From: an uncultured Actinomycetes bacterium
GTDB taxonomy: Bacteria; Actinomycetota; Thermoleophilia; UBA2241
DNA: 64,000 nt
Assembly: GCA_963767005.1 (NCBI GenBank)
Contig: CAVYCN010000012.1
Span: 109,089 to 173,088 of the forward strand
Direction of reading: 5' to 3'
Both the position numbers and the translations under genes were made by a program. Shown one piece after another: positions 9,786 to 20,043 of this stretch. Each line of letters starts with the position of its first letter. Position 1 is the stretch's first letter. The notes under the pieces are model-generated. The model ran no database searches. It was not told the DNA's origin and was given only the letters and a program-made list of their open reading frames with translations.

Positions 9786-11078
9786 GTGACACGGATCGTC
9801 TTCATCGGCGCCGGCAGCGTCGAGTTCACGCGCAACCTCCTGGGCGACATCCTCACGTTTCCCGAGCTCGCCGACGCGACCATCGTGCTGCACGACATCG
9901 ACGCGCAGCGGCTCGAGACGGCGGCGGCGATGGCGCGCTGGACGAACGCCGCCGTCGGGGCCCACGCCACGATCGAGGCGAGCCTCGACCGGCGCGCCGC
10001 GCTCGACGGCGCCGACTTCGCCATCAACACGATCGAGGTCGGCGGCATCGCCGCGACCCGTCTCGACTTCGACATCCCAGAGCGCTACGGGCTGCGCCAG
10101 ACGATCGGCGACACGCTCGGGGTCGGCGCCGTGTTCCGCGCGCTGCGCACCATCCCGGTGCTGCTCTCGATCGGCCGCGACATGGCCGAGCTGTGCCCGC
10201 ACGCCTGGCTGCTCAACTACACCAACCCCATGGCCATGAACTGCTGGGCCTACGACGCAGGCTCGCCGCACAAGCGCATCGTGGGCCTGTGCCACTCCAT
10301 CCAGAACACGAGCCGCCAGGTCGCCGAGTACGTCGGCGTGCCGTTCGACGAGGTGACCTTCGTCGGCGCCGGCGTGAACCACATGGCGTGGGTGCTGCGG
10401 CTCGAGCGCGACGGGCACGACCTCTACCCGTTGCTCGACGCCGCGATCGCCGCCGACCCCGAGGGCCTCGGCCGGCACGTCCGCGTCCAGATCTACCGCA
10501 CCTTCGGCTACTTCCCGACCGAATCGAGCGAGCACTTCGCCGAGTATGTCCCCTGGTTCATGCGCGACGACGCCGAGATCGCGCGCCTGCGGATCCCGGT
10601 GCGCGAGTACATCGCGCGCAGCGAGGAGAACATCGGCTTCTACGAAGAGGAGCGGCGCAAGCTCGCCGCCGGCGAGCCGTTCGAGATCGAGCGCAGCCTC
10701 GAGTACGCCTCGCTCATCGTCCACTCGATCGTCACCGGCACCGAGCGGGCGATCTACGGGAACGTGCGCAACGCCGGCCTCATCACCAACCTGCCCGAGG
10801 GCGCGTGTGTCGAGGTGCCGTGTCTCGTCGATCGCACCGGCGTGCAGCCGGTCGTGGTGGGCGAGTTGCCGGCGCAATGCGCCGCACTCGATCGCACGTT
10901 CCTGAACGTCGCCGAGCTGACGGTGCGTGCCGCGCTCGAGGGAAGCCGGGACCATGTCCTGCAGGCAGTCCTGCTCGACCCCAACGCCGGCGCCACCCTG
11001 TCGCTGGCGGCGGCCGGCGCGCTTGTCGACGAGATGCTGGCCGCGCACCGCGCGGCGCTGCCCGACGCGCTGAAGTAG
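9786..11078 (+). CDS. melA: GH4 NAD-dependent glycoside hydrolase (alpha-galactosidase type)
   Basis: IGAGS, QTIGDTLG, NYTNPM, GLCHS and GVNHMAW motifs. Confidence 0.88.
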   Translation: MTRIVFIGAGSVEFTRNLLGDILTFPELADATIVLHDIDAQRLETAAAMARWTNAAVGAHATIEASLDRRAALDGADFAINTIEVGGIAATRLDFDIPERYGLRQTIGDTLGVGAVFRALRTIPVLLSIGRDMAELCPHAWLLNYTNPMAMNCWAYDAGSPHKRIVGLCHSIQNTSRQVAEYVGVPFDEVTFVGAGVNHMAWVLRLERDGHDLYPLLDAAIAADPEGLGRHVRVQIYRTFGYFPTESSEHFAEYVPWFMRDDAEIARLRIPVREYIARSEENIGFYEEERRKLAAGEPFEIERSLEYASLIVHSIVTGTERAIYGNVRNAGLITNLPEGACVEVPCLVDRTGVQPVVVGELPAQCAALDRTFLNVAELTVRAALEGSRDHVLQAVLLDPNAGATLSLAAAGALVDEMLAAHRAALPDALK

Positions 11079-11084
11079 GCGACC

Positions 11085-12047
11085 GTGCCCGCCGGTCCCC
11101 GGTTCGACCTGCTCGTGGTCGGCGATCTCAACCCCGACGTCGTGATGGCCGACCTGCCGCCGCGCCTGCGGTTCGGGCAGCGCGAGCAGCTCGTGGCCCG
11201 GGGGGCGCTCACCGTGGGCGGCTCGGCCGGCATCGTCGCCTGCGGCGCCGCGCGGCTGGGCCTGCGCACCGCCCTGGTGTCGGCGGTCGGCGACGACGAG
11301 GCCGGCCGGCTGCTGCTGACCCTGCTCGGCGAGCGCGGCGTCGACACCCGCGGTTGCCACGTCATCGACGCCGCGCCGACCGGTCTCACCGTCTGCCTCG
11401 TGCGCGGCGACGACCGCGCCATCGTGACCGCTCCCGGCTGCGTCGCCCGGCTCGACGGCGCCATGGTCGACCGTGACCTTCTTGGGGCGGCGCGCCACCT
11501 GCACGTCGCCTCGCCGTTTCTGCAGCCGCTCCTTGCGGCCGGGCTACGGGCGCTGCTCGACGAGGCCCGCGGCGCCGGTCTCGGCACGTCGCTCGACTGC
11601 AACGACGACCCTACCGACGTCTGGGACGCCGGCGTGCCGGACGCCCTGCCCGCCGTCGACGTGCTCTTCGCCAGCGGGCGCGAGGCGCTCGCGCTGACCG
11701 GGCGACGGGGCGCGCTGGGGCCCGCGCTCGAAGGCCTCGCGGCTCGCGGCCCGCTGCCGGTCGTCAAGCTCGGCGGCCGCGGTGCCGTGATCCTGCGCGA
11801 CGGCGAGACGACGACGCTGCCGGCGCTGCCCGTCGATGCGCTCGACGCGGTCGGCGCCGGCGACGGCTTCGCCGCCGGCTTCCTGTACGGACGGCTGAGC
11901 GGCGCCGACGCCGTGCGTTGCCTCGCGCTCGGCGTGGCGTGCGGCTCGCTCTCGACGCGGCGGCACGGCGGCGTCAGCGCCCAGGCGACGCTCGACGAGG
12001 CGGAGCGCGGCGCCGACGCCGTGCTGGCCGCAGCGGCGCGCGCGTGA
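11085..12047 (+). CDS. PfkB-family sugar kinase
   Basis: VGGSAGIVA and DAVGAGDGFAAGFL motifs. Confidence 0.9.
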   Translation: MPAGPRFDLLVVGDLNPDVVMADLPPRLRFGQREQLVARGALTVGGSAGIVACGAARLGLRTALVSAVGDDEAGRLLLTLLGERGVDTRGCHVIDAAPTGLTVCLVRGDDRAIVTAPGCVARLDGAMVDRDLLGAARHLHVASPFLQPLLAAGLRALLDEARGAGLGTSLDCNDDPTDVWDAGVPDALPAVDVLFASGREALALTGRRGALGPALEGLAARGPLPVVKLGGRGAVILRDGETTTLPALPVDALDAVGAGDGFAAGFLYGRLSGADAVRCLALGVACGSLSTRRHGGVSAQATLDEAERGADAVLAAAARA

Positions 12048-12063
12048 GCGTGCGCGCTCGGCG

Positions 12064-13362
12064 ATGAACACGGGCGGCGCAAGCGGCCGCCCGGCATCGC
12101 CGTCCGTCGTCCTTCTCGAGACGGCCGCGGCAAACCGCGCCGGCGAGCGCGCCGGTGTGTCCTCTGTGTGCTCGGCGAACAGGTTCGTGCTTGAGGCCGC
12201 CCTCGCTGCGGCGGCGGCGGCCGGCTCCGTGGCGCTGATCGAGTCGACCTGCAACCAGGTCAACCAGTTCGGCGGCTACACCGGCATGACGCCGGCGGCG
12301 TTTCGCGACCACGTGCTCGCGCTTGCCGGCGCGGCCGGCTGCGACCCGGCTCGTGTCATCATCGGCGGCGACCATCTCGGCCCCTACGTCTGGCGCGCCG
12401 AGCCGGCCGACCAGGCAATGGCGCGGGCGTGCGACCTCGTGCGTGAGTGCGTGCAGGCCGGCTACACCAAGATCCACCTCGACGCCAGCATGCGGCTGGG
12501 CGACGACCCGGGGCCGTCCGGGGCTCCGCCCGACACGCGCCTCGCAGCCGAACGCGCCGCCGAACTCGCCGCGGCGGCCGAGTCCGCCCTGGACGGGCTG
12601 CCGGCCGGCAGCCCGCCCCCCGTGTACGTCGTCGGCACCGAGGTCCCCATCCCCGGCGGCGAGCTCGCCGGCAGCGGCGCGATCGCCGTCACACGCCCGC
12701 GCGACGCCGAGCGCACGCTCGTTGCCACCGAGGACGCCTTTCGCCGCCGCGGCCTGGGCGACGCCTGGTCGCGGGTCCTCGCCCTCGTCGTCCAGCCGGG
12801 GGTCGATTTCGGCGGCGAGACGATCACGCGCTACGACCGCGGGCCGGCCCGCGAACTCGTCGCCTGGCTCGAGGGCCTGCCGTCGCCGCTCGTGTTCGAG
12901 GCGCACTCGACCGACTACCAGACGGCCGCCGCCCTGTCCGAGCTCGTGTCAGACCATTTCGCCGTCCTCAAGGTCGGTCCGGCGCTGACCTTCGCCTTTC
13001 GCGAGGCGGTGTTCGCCCTCGAGGCGGCCGAGCAGGCGGCGCTGGCCGACGCGCGCGCCGGCGGCCCGCCCTCGCGCCTGCGCCATGTCCTGGAGCGGGC
13101 GATGCGTGCCGATCCCCGCCATTGGCGGCCGTACGCCGAGAGCGACGACGACCTGGCGCGAGCGGCCTACGGCTTGAGCGACCGGGCCCGATACTACTGG
13201 GCCGAGCCGGATGTAGAGCGCGCCCTCGGGAGGCTGCTGGCCGACCTCGGTCCGGGACGCGTGCCGGCGGAGGGCCTGTCGACCGACGAGCCGCGGTCGT
13301 TCATCCGTCGGTGCGTCGGCGAGGCGCTCGCGCCGTACGAGACGGCCTGCGGCTCACGGTAG
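12064..13362 (+). CDS. gatZ: GatZ/KbaZ family (tagatose-6-phosphate 4-epimerase-like)
   Basis: SVCSA, NQVNQFGGYTGM, GGDHLGP, KIHLDAS, GTEVPIPGG and EAHSTDYQ motifs. Confidence 0.9.
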   Translation: MNTGGASGRPASPSVVLLETAAANRAGERAGVSSVCSANRFVLEAALAAAAAAGSVALIESTCNQVNQFGGYTGMTPAAFRDHVLALAGAAGCDPARVIIGGDHLGPYVWRAEPADQAMARACDLVRECVQAGYTKIHLDASMRLGDDPGPSGAPPDTRLAAERAAELAAAAESALDGLPAGSPPPVYVVGTEVPIPGGELAGSGAIAVTRPRDAERTLVATEDAFRRRGLGDAWSRVLALVVQPGVDFGGETITRYDRGPARELVAWLEGLPSPLVFEAHSTDYQTAAALSELVSDHFAVLKVGPALTFAFREAVFALEAAEQAALADARAGGPPSRLRHVLERAMRADPRHWRPYAESDDDLARAAYGLSDRARYYWAEPDVERALGRLLADLGPGRVPAEGLSTDEPRSFIRRCVGEALAPYETACGSR

Positions 13363-13449
13363 ACGCCTCGCCGGCCCGACCGTCCGTCGCAAGGAAGCAG
13401 AGTTCGAGGAGCGCGCCCGTTCGGGTGGTGGCGGCTCGGCGTCCGCGTG

Positions 13450-14598
13450 TCAGGCGGTCGCCGCGGCGACCGCCTCGACGGCGAGCGACTCCCCGGTCGC
13501 CGGGTCGAACACGTGCACCGCGTCGGGCGCAAGGCCGAGGGGCAGCTTCGCGCCGCACTCGAAGCGCGTGAGCCCCTTGAGGCGCGCGCAGACCCGCGCT
13601 CGCGAGCCCGGCAGGGGGGGCGGCAGCGACGGGTCGATCTCGATCGAGGCGATCTCGCCCGGCACCTCGCCATAGACGAGCGTCTCGTTGCCCAGCTCCT
13701 CGACGACGTCGACCACCATCTCGAGGCCCGGGCGGCCGGGGCTCTCGGCCGCGAGCGCCAGCGCCTCGGGCCGGAAGCCCAGTACGACCGGACCATCGAC
13801 CGCGGCGGTGACCCGGAGCTCGAGGTCGCCGGCGCGCAGGAACCCGCCGGCGACCTCGCCGCGCAGCAGGTTCATGGAAGGCGTGCCCATGAAGGCCGCC
13901 ACGAACAGGTTCCGGGGCCGGCGGAACACCTCGCGCGGCGTGCCGAGCTGCAGCAGCCGGCCGCTGTTCAGCACCGCGATGCGGTCGCCGAGCGTCATGG
14001 CCTCGGCCTGGTCGTGCGTGACATAGAGGCTGGTGACGCCCACCCGGCGCTGCAGCTCAAGGATCTCGGAGCGCATCTGCCCGCGCAGCTTCGCGTCCAG
14101 GTTGCTGAGCGGCTCGTCGAGCAGAAAGACGCGCGGCTCGCGCACGAGCGCGCGGCCCATGGCGACGCGCTGCGACTGGCCGCCCGACAGCTCGGCGGGG
14201 CGCCGGTCGAGCAGCGCGTCGAGGCCGAGGACGGCGCTCATGGCGCGTACGCGCCGGTCGGTCTCGGCGCGCGAGACGCCGTGCTCGCGCAGGCCGAAGG
14301 CGAGGTTGCGGTAGACCGTGAGGTACGGGTAGAGCGCGTAGTTCTGAAAGACCATGGCCACGTCGCGCTTGCGCGGCGGCAGCTCCTGGACCTCGTGGCC
14401 GCCGATCAGGATGCGGCCGCTCGTCGGGCTCTCGAGGCCGGCCACGCAGCGCAGCGCCGTCGTCTTGCCGCAGCCCGACGGCCCCACCATGATCAGCATC
14501 TCGCCATCGCCGATCTCGAGGTCGAGGCCTTCGAGCGCCACGACCGGCGGCTTGCCGCGAAAGACCTTGCGCACGCCCTCGAGTGTGACCGTCGCCAT
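13450..14598 (-). CDS. Sugar ABC transporter ATPase (MalK/MsmX type)
   Basis: GPSGCGKT, VFQNYALYP, LSGGQ and DEPLSNLDAKLR motifs; start MATVTL at 14598. Confidence 0.93.
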   Translation of the reverse strand: MATVTLEGVRKVFRGKPPVVALEGLDLEIGDGEMLIMVGPSGCGKTTALRCVAGLESPTSGRILIGGHEVQELPPRKRDVAMVFQNYALYPYLTVYRNLAFGLREHGVSRAETDRRVRAMSAVLGLDALLDRRPAELSGGQSQRVAMGRALVREPRVFLLDEPLSNLDAKLRGQMRSEILELQRRVGVTSLYVTHDQAEAMTLGDRIAVLNSGRLLQLGTPREVFRRPRNLFVAAFMGTPSMNLLRGEVAGGFLRAGDLELRVTAAVDGPVVLGFRPEALALAAESPGRPGLEMVVDVVEELGNETLVYGEVPGEIASIEIDPSLPPPLPGSRARVCARLKGLTRFECGAKLPLGLAPDAVHVFDPATGESLAVEAVAAATA

Positions 14599-14618
14599 GG
14601 TGAGCTTCCCTTCTCTTT

Positions 14619-15548
14619 CTAACCCTTCAGTCCCTGGGTCGCCAGCGACTGCACGAACCAGCGCTGCGAGACCACGAACACAGCGAGCATCGGTAGCTGG
14701 GTCATCACGGTGCCGGCCATGATCAGGGGCCAGTTGATGTTGTGGGCGCCCTGGAACGTCATGAGGCCGAGCTGCAGCGTGTAGTTCTTCTCGGACTGGA
14801 TGGCGATCAGGGGCCAGAGGAAGTCGTTCCAGGTCCACAGCAGCGTCATGATACCGACCGTGGCGAGCGGAGCGCGCATCGCCGGCATCACCACCTTGAA
14901 GAGCGTGCCGAGCCGGCCGGCGCCGTCGATGCGGGCCGCCTCTTCGATCTCGACCGGCACGGTCTTGAAGAACTGGCGCAGCAGGAACACGCCGAACGGG
15001 GTCACGAGGTTGGGCGCCATGAGCGCCGGCAGCGTGTCGACCAGGCCGAGTCCGCGCACGATCAGCAGCGTGGGCACCATCACCACCTGGAAGGGCACCA
15101 TCAGCGTGGCCAGGATCACGAGGAACAGGGCGCCGTTGCCGAAGAACCGCAGGCGCGCCAGCGCGTAGCCGGCGAGGCTGCAGAACAGCAGGTTGGTGAC
15201 CACGCAGGTGCCCGACACGATCGTCGTGTTGGCGAGCCAGCGGCCGAACGGCGCCTGGGTCCAGGCCGAGACGTAGTTGTGCCACTGAAAGGCGAAGTGC
15301 AGCCCGAACGTGCGCGACTGGGCGAGCGTCTGGAAGCTCGTGACGACGAGCCAGAAGAAGGGAAAGAGCATGACCACGGCGAGCGGGATCAGCACCAGGT
15401 GCCACCAGCTCGGCAGGCGGCGGCGGCGCTCCCGAAGCTCGTCGGGCCGCACCGCGCCGGGGGCCGCCCCCGCGCCGCCGGGCAGCACCCCGGCGCCGGC
15501 CAGGGCCGGTGTCTCGAGCCCGCTGTCGCTGCGCGCGCCCACCGTCAC
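14619..15548 (-). CDS. Carbohydrate ABC permease (MalG type)
   Basis: EEAARIDGA and WNDFLWPL motifs. Confidence 0.92.
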   Translation of the reverse strand: MTVGARSDSGLETPALAGAGVLPGGAGAAPGAVRPDELRERRRRLPSWWHLVLIPLAVVMLFPFFWLVVTSFQTLAQSRTFGLHFAFQWHNYVSAWTQAPFGRWLANTTIVSGTCVVTNLLFCSLAGYALARLRFFGNGALFLVILATLMVPFQVVMVPTLLIVRGLGLVDTLPALMAPNLVTPFGVFLLRQFFKTVPVEIEEAARIDGAGRLGTLFKVVMPAMRAPLATVGIMTLLWTWNDFLWPLIAIQSEKNYTLQLGLMTFQGAHNINWPLIMAGTVMTQLPMLAVFVVSQRWFVQSLATQGLKG

Positions 15549-16534
15549 GAGCGGTAGTGGACGAGCAGGCGGCCGGCCAGGAGCTGGACCACGGTGAGCG
15601 CGAGGATGCCGATGAACAGCACGTAGGCGATCGCCGTGGCGTAGCCCGCGTCGAAGTACGAGAAGGCCTGCTGGAACAGGTAGTAGACGACCACCGTCGT
15701 GCTGTCCAGCGGGCCGCCCCTCGTGATCACGTAGATCTCGTCGAAGAGCTGCAGGGCGTTGATCGTGAGCCACACGACGAGGAACAGGGTGGTCGGTCCG
15801 AGCAGCGGGAACTGCACGCGCCAGAAGGCGCGCCAGCGGGTCGCGCCGTCGATCTCGGCCGCCTCGAGCAGCTCGCGCGGGATGCCCTGCAGCGCCGCGA
15901 GGTAGATCACGACGGCGAAGCCGAGCCAGCCCCAGACGGTCACGACGACGATGCACCAGAGCGCCTGGCCGGGGTCCTGGAAGAAGCTCTGCGAGGCCAG
16001 GCCGACCTTGTTGAGAAAGAGATTCACGATCCCGAAGTAGGGGTCGAGCAGCCAGCTGAACATGATGGCCGTCGCGACCGTCGAGGTCACGACGGGGGCG
16101 AACACGGCGGTGCGGTAGAAGCGCATGCCGGTCAGGCGCCGGTTGAGCGCCACCGCGACGGCGAGCGAGCCGAACAGCGTGATCGGCACGAACACGACGG
16201 TGTACTCGATCGTGCGCCGCACCGACGCGGTGAAGACCGGGTCGTGCAACAGGCGCCGGTAGTTGGCGAGGCCGGCCCACGTGCCGCTCGTGTCGAGCGA
16301 GTTGTGCTGGAACGAGATGACGAACGACCAGGCGATCGGCGCCACGCCGAAGAGCCCGATCAGCACCACGGCCGGCGAGACGAAGAGCCAGCCGGCCAGG
16401 TGGTCCGAGGCGAGCAGGCGGTCCCACAGGCTCGCCCGGGCGCCGCGTCGCGGAGCGCGGCCCCGGCCGGTGGCGCCGGCGGGCGTCGCCGGATGACCGG
16501 CGCCCGCCGCCGTCGCCCCTCGCTCCCCCGTCAT
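15545..16534 (-). CDS. Carbohydrate ABC permease (MalF type)
   Basis: GLANY, LQGIPRELLEAAEIDGA and TRGGP motifs. Confidence 0.92.
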   Translation of the reverse strand: MTGERGATAAGAGHPATPAGATGRGRAPRRGARASLWDRLLASDHLAGWLFVSPAVVLIGLFGVAPIAWSFVISFQHNSLDTSGTWAGLANYRRLLHDPVFTASVRRTIEYTVVFVPITLFGSLAVAVALNRRLTGMRFYRTAVFAPVVTSTVATAIMFSWLLDPYFGIVNLFLNKVGLASQSFFQDPGQALWCIVVVTVWGWLGFAVVIYLAALQGIPRELLEAAEIDGATRWRAFWRVQFPLLGPTTLFLVVWLTINALQLFDEIYVITRGGPLDSTTVVVYYLFQQAFSYFDAGYATAIAYVLFIGILALTVVQLLAGRLLVHYRS

Positions 16535-16544
16535 CGCCCGCGGG

Positions 16545-17852
16545 TCACATGCCCGAGGCGATGTCGCCGTCGACCTGCTGTGCCGCCTGCTGCAGCGCCT
16601 GCTGCGGGGTGTACTTGCCGAGCAGCACGCCCTGGATGGCCTGGCCGAGGTCGGCCGAGATCTTCGGGTAGGCGGCGATGTTGGGCCGCGCCTTGGTCAC
16701 GTTCTTCAGGTTGGCCACGAACACCGCCGCCGCCGGGTACTTCGCCAGGTACGTCTTGTAGCCCGGCAGGCTGGTCTCGGCGGTGCTGAGCGGCAGGTCG
16801 CCGGTCGCGATCGCGAACTGCAGGTGCTGCTGCGGCGCCGTGAACCACTTGATGAACTGCCAGGCGCCGTTCAGGCGGCCCGCCCCGTTGTTCAGCACGA
16901 CGTAGTTGTCGGGCCCCGCGATCGTGGCGTGCGTCACGTCGCCCGGCAGGATCTGCACGCCGAAGCTCACGTCCTTGTTGATCGACGAGATGTCCCAGGG
17001 GCCGGTCCACAGCATCGCGATCTTGCCGGCGTTGAACAGGTTCAGGTAGTTGTCGTTGCCGCTGTCGAGGTAGATCGAGTGGTCCTGGTTGGCCATGTCG
17101 TAGAGCAGCGTCATGGCCTTGAGGCCGGCCGGCGAGTCGAACGCGGCCTTCGTGTTGTCGGGGGTGAGCAGGTCGCCGCCCGCCTGCCAGAGCAGCGCCA
17201 GGAAACGCCAGACGGTGTCCTCGCTGGCGTCGTTCACATAGGCCCAGCCGAACTGCTTGGCCCCCGGGTCGGTCAGCTTCTTGGCCGCGGCGCGGAAGTC
17301 GTCCCAGGTCCACTGCGCCGTCGGGTACGGCACGCCCGCCTTGTCGAAGAGGGCCTTGTTGTAGACGAGCGCCAGGTTGTCGACCAGGGCCGGCACGCCC
17401 AGCACCTTGCCGTTCACCATGGCTGCCAGGCGCACCGCCGGGAAGAAGTCGTTCCAGCCGAAGGCCGGGTCGTTCACCCGCGAGGTCAGGTCGACCACCT
17501 GGGGAAGCTGCGCGAGCAGCGCCATCGACGAGCCGTACTGGTACGAGATGTCGGGCGCCTTGCCGGCGGCGAGGGCGGTGCGCAGCTTGGTCAGGGCGTA
17601 GTCGTTGTTGCCGGCAAAGACGGCCTGCACCTTGTACGGCGGGTTCGTCGCGTCGTACTGGGTGACCATGTGCTCGATCGCGGCGCGCTCGACGTCGGTG
17701 TAGCCGTGCCAGATCGTGACCGTGCCGGTGCTCGAGGCGCCCGACCCGGAGCCGCCCGACGAGGAGCTTCCCCCGCAGCCGGCCACGAAGAGCAGGGTGA
17801 GGACGGCGACGCAGACGACCGTCGCCGCACCTCCGAGGCGAGAGCGTGTCAT
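16545..17852 (-). CDS. Sugar ABC substrate-binding lipoprotein
   Basis: Lipobox VAGC; LVYNKALF and WTWDDF motifs. Confidence 0.92.
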   Translation of the reverse strand: MTRSRLGGAATVVCVAVLTLLFVAGCGGSSSSGGSGSGASSTGTVTIWHGYTDVERAAIEHMVTQYDATNPPYKVQAVFAGNNDYALTKLRTALAAGKAPDISYQYGSSMALLAQLPQVVDLTSRVNDPAFGWNDFFPAVRLAAMVNGKVLGVPALVDNLALVYNKALFDKAGVPYPTAQWTWDDFRAAAKKLTDPGAKQFGWAYVNDASEDTVWRFLALLWQAGGDLLTPDNTKAAFDSPAGLKAMTLLYDMANQDHSIYLDSGNDNYLNLFNAGKIAMLWTGPWDISSINKDVSFGVQILPGDVTHATIAGPDNYVVLNNGAGRLNGAWQFIKWFTAPQQHLQFAIATGDLPLSTAETSLPGYKTYLAKYPAAAVFVANLKNVTKARPNIAAYPKISADLGQAIQGVLLGKYTPQQALQQAAQQVDGDIASGM

Positions 17853-17868
17853 CTCGGTACCTCCATCG

Positions 17869-18792
17869 TCAGGATGGTCCGGTCGCGGTGCGCACGCTCC
17901 GGTCGCCGCTCAATATGACGGAGCGCGTGAGGTGGCGCGGACGGTCGCAGTCGAGCCCGCGGCTCTCGGCCGTCGCCACGGCGAAGCGCTGGGCAAGAAC
18001 GAGCGCGGCCAGCGGCTCGAGCGCGGCGGTATCGGCCAGAGTGGCGCCGGTCGCCAGGATCTCGCCGGCAAGGTCCGCCGGCAGCGGCCCGAACGGCCAG
18101 ACGGCGCGGCCCGGCTGGGCGATGCTGATCGGCCCGTGGCGATACTCCATCGCCGGATACGCTTCGGTCCACGCCTGGGCCGCCTCGCGCAGCTTGAGCG
18201 CCGCCTCGCTGGCGAGGCCGGCCGTCCAGCCGGTACCGAGGAAGGTGACCTGGTCGATCGCGCCCGGCTCGAGCGGGAGCGGCGCGGCGAGGGCCGCCTC
18301 GGCGGCCCTCGCCGCGCCCTCCACGTCGTCACCGAGCGACGCCCGCAGCAAGGCCAGCGCGGTCGTCGCGAAGCGCGTCTGCACGACCGACTCCTCGTCG
18401 GCGAAGGCGAGGTCGACGACGGCCCCGGCACGTGTCGCGCAGGGCGAGTCGACGACCGCCGTCAGCAGCGTCGACCGCGTGCCCGGCGACAGCGCGTCGA
18501 GCAGCGCCGCGATTTCGCTCGTCGTGCCCGAGCGCGAGATGGCGAGGACTCGGGCCCGGCCGCGCGAGGCCGGGAGCTCGGAGGCGGCGAAGGCGTCGGT
18601 GCGACCATCGCCGGCCGCCTCGCGCAACGCCGCGTAGGCCTGCGCCATGTAGAGCGACGTGCCGCAGCCAACGACCGCGACGTCCTCGCCGGGCGCCGGC
18701 AGGGCGGCACGCACGGCGGGCCGCGCCGCGAGGGCGGCGGCCCGGCGCCAGCACGCCGGTTGCGTCGTGATCTCTTCAGCCGTCTTGCTCAT
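17869..18792 (-). CDS. SIS-domain sugar-phosphate isomerase/deaminase (AgaS/GlmS-like)
   Basis: EEITTQP, GCGTS, ISRSGTT, EAALKLRE, EYRHGP and PRHLTRSV motifs. Confidence 0.88.
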   Translation of the reverse strand: MSKTAEEITTQPACWRRAAALAARPAVRAALPAPGEDVAVVGCGTSLYMAQAYAALREAAGDGRTDAFAASELPASRGRARVLAISRSGTTSEIAALLDALSPGTRSTLLTAVVDSPCATRAGAVVDLAFADEESVVQTRFATTALALLRASLGDDVEGAARAAEAALAAPLPLEPGAIDQVTFLGTGWTAGLASEAALKLREAAQAWTEAYPAMEYRHGPISIAQPGRAVWPFGPLPADLAGEILATGATLADTAALEPLAALVLAQRFAVATAESRGLDCDRPRHLTRSVILSGDRSVRTATGPS

Positions 18793-18926
18793 TCTTGCGC
18801 AGATTACGCCCGAATCAATCAGACATCAACAGCAACTCGTCGGCGACGCACCGTCGCGTGTCCGTTCGTGCCCGAAACACGACCAATCGCGCAGAAGGAG
18901 TCACGGCGCTCTGGTACGATGGCGTC

Positions 18927-19688
18927 ATGCGACAGGACGAACGGCTGAGTCTCATCCTCGAGCGGCTGTCCCAGACAGGCTCCATCGGCGTGTCGGAGCT
19001 CGCTCGCGCGCTGCACGTCTCGACGGCGTCGGTGCGACGCGACCTGCGGCTGCTCGAGGAGCAGCATCTGCTCTCCCGCACACACGGCGGGGCGGTCTCC
19101 AACACGACGGCCTACGAGCTGCCGCTGCGCTACAAGAGCGGCAGCCACAAAGAGGAAAAGCGCCGCATCGCCGGCACGGCGGCGGCGCGGCTCGACGGCG
19201 CCGTCGCGACCGTGGGCATGACAGGCGGCACGACCACGACCGCTGTGGCCCGCATGCTGGTCGATCGCACGGCGCTCACCGTCGTCACGAACGCGCTCAA
19301 CATCGCCTCCGAGCTCGCGCTACACCCGAACCTCAAGCTCATCGCGACCGGCGGCACGGCGCGCAGCGAGTCGTATGAGCTCGTCGGCCCCTTGGCCGAG
19401 GCCACCCTCGCCGGCCTCAACCTCGACCTCGCGATCGTCGGCGTCGACGGCATCTCGGTCGACGGCGGCCTTACCACGTACCACGAGGTCGAGGCCGCGA
19501 CCAACCGCATGCTGATCTCGCGGGCGCGCCGGGTGGTCGTGGTCGCCGACGGCTCCAAGGTGGGCAGGCTGGCGCTCGCGCGGATCTGCCCGATCGACCT
19601 GGTCGACGAACTCATCACCGACGCCGGCGCCGAGCCCGCCGAGGTGGCGCGGCTGCGCTCGGCCGGCGTCGTCGTCACCGAGGTCTGA
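18927..19688 (+). CDS. DeoR/AgaR-family regulator
   Basis: VSTASVRRDL...RTHGGA, GGTTT and VTNALNIA motifs; divergent from the sugar operon; leaderless TACGAT-N6-ATG. Confidence 0.93.
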   Translation: MRQDERLSLILERLSQTGSIGVSELARALHVSTASVRRDLRLLEEQHLLSRTHGGAVSNTTAYELPLRYKSGSHKEEKRRIAGTAAARLDGAVATVGMTGGTTTTAVARMLVDRTALTVVTNALNIASELALHPNLKLIATGGTARSESYELVGPLAEATLAGLNLDLAIVGVDGISVDGGLTTYHEVEAATNRMLISRARRVVVVADGSKVGRLALARICPIDLVDELITDAGAEPAEVARLRSAGVVVTEV

Positions 19689-19754
19689 GCGGGCCACGTG
19701 GCTGCGCCAGTGGGGCTGCGCCCGTAGGGCTGCGGCCCGTCACGGCCTGTGACG

Positions 19755-20033
19755 TCACGTACGCGGCTGTTCGGCGCTCTCGCCGGCCTCGCGCTGCTCT
19801 GCCAGGTACTGCTCGTGCGACGCCCGCATCATGCGCTCGACCCGGGGTGACACGCCGGCCCGGCGGCGGCGCTCCCACCACTCGTCGACGGGAATCTTCT
19901 TGAAGTGCTCGTACCGCATCCAGAGAAGCGCCACCAGCACGAGCAGGACGACCTCGATCACCGCCAGGGCGATCAGGCGCACGCTGAGGGGCGGCGACAG
20001 CGGGATCTGGCCGATCAGCGCAACGAGGCTCAC
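19755..20033 (-). CDS. Small single-pass membrane protein, last gene of the Rieske/cyt b operon
   Basis: One TM segment; starts 10 bp after the cytochrome c stop. Confidence 0.6.
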   Translation of the reverse strand: MSLVALIGQIPLSPPLSVRLIALAVIEVVLLVLVALLWMRYEHFKKIPVDEWWERRRRAGVSPRVERMMRASHEQYLAEQREAGESAEQPRT

Positions 20034-20043
20034 GACCGCTCCA

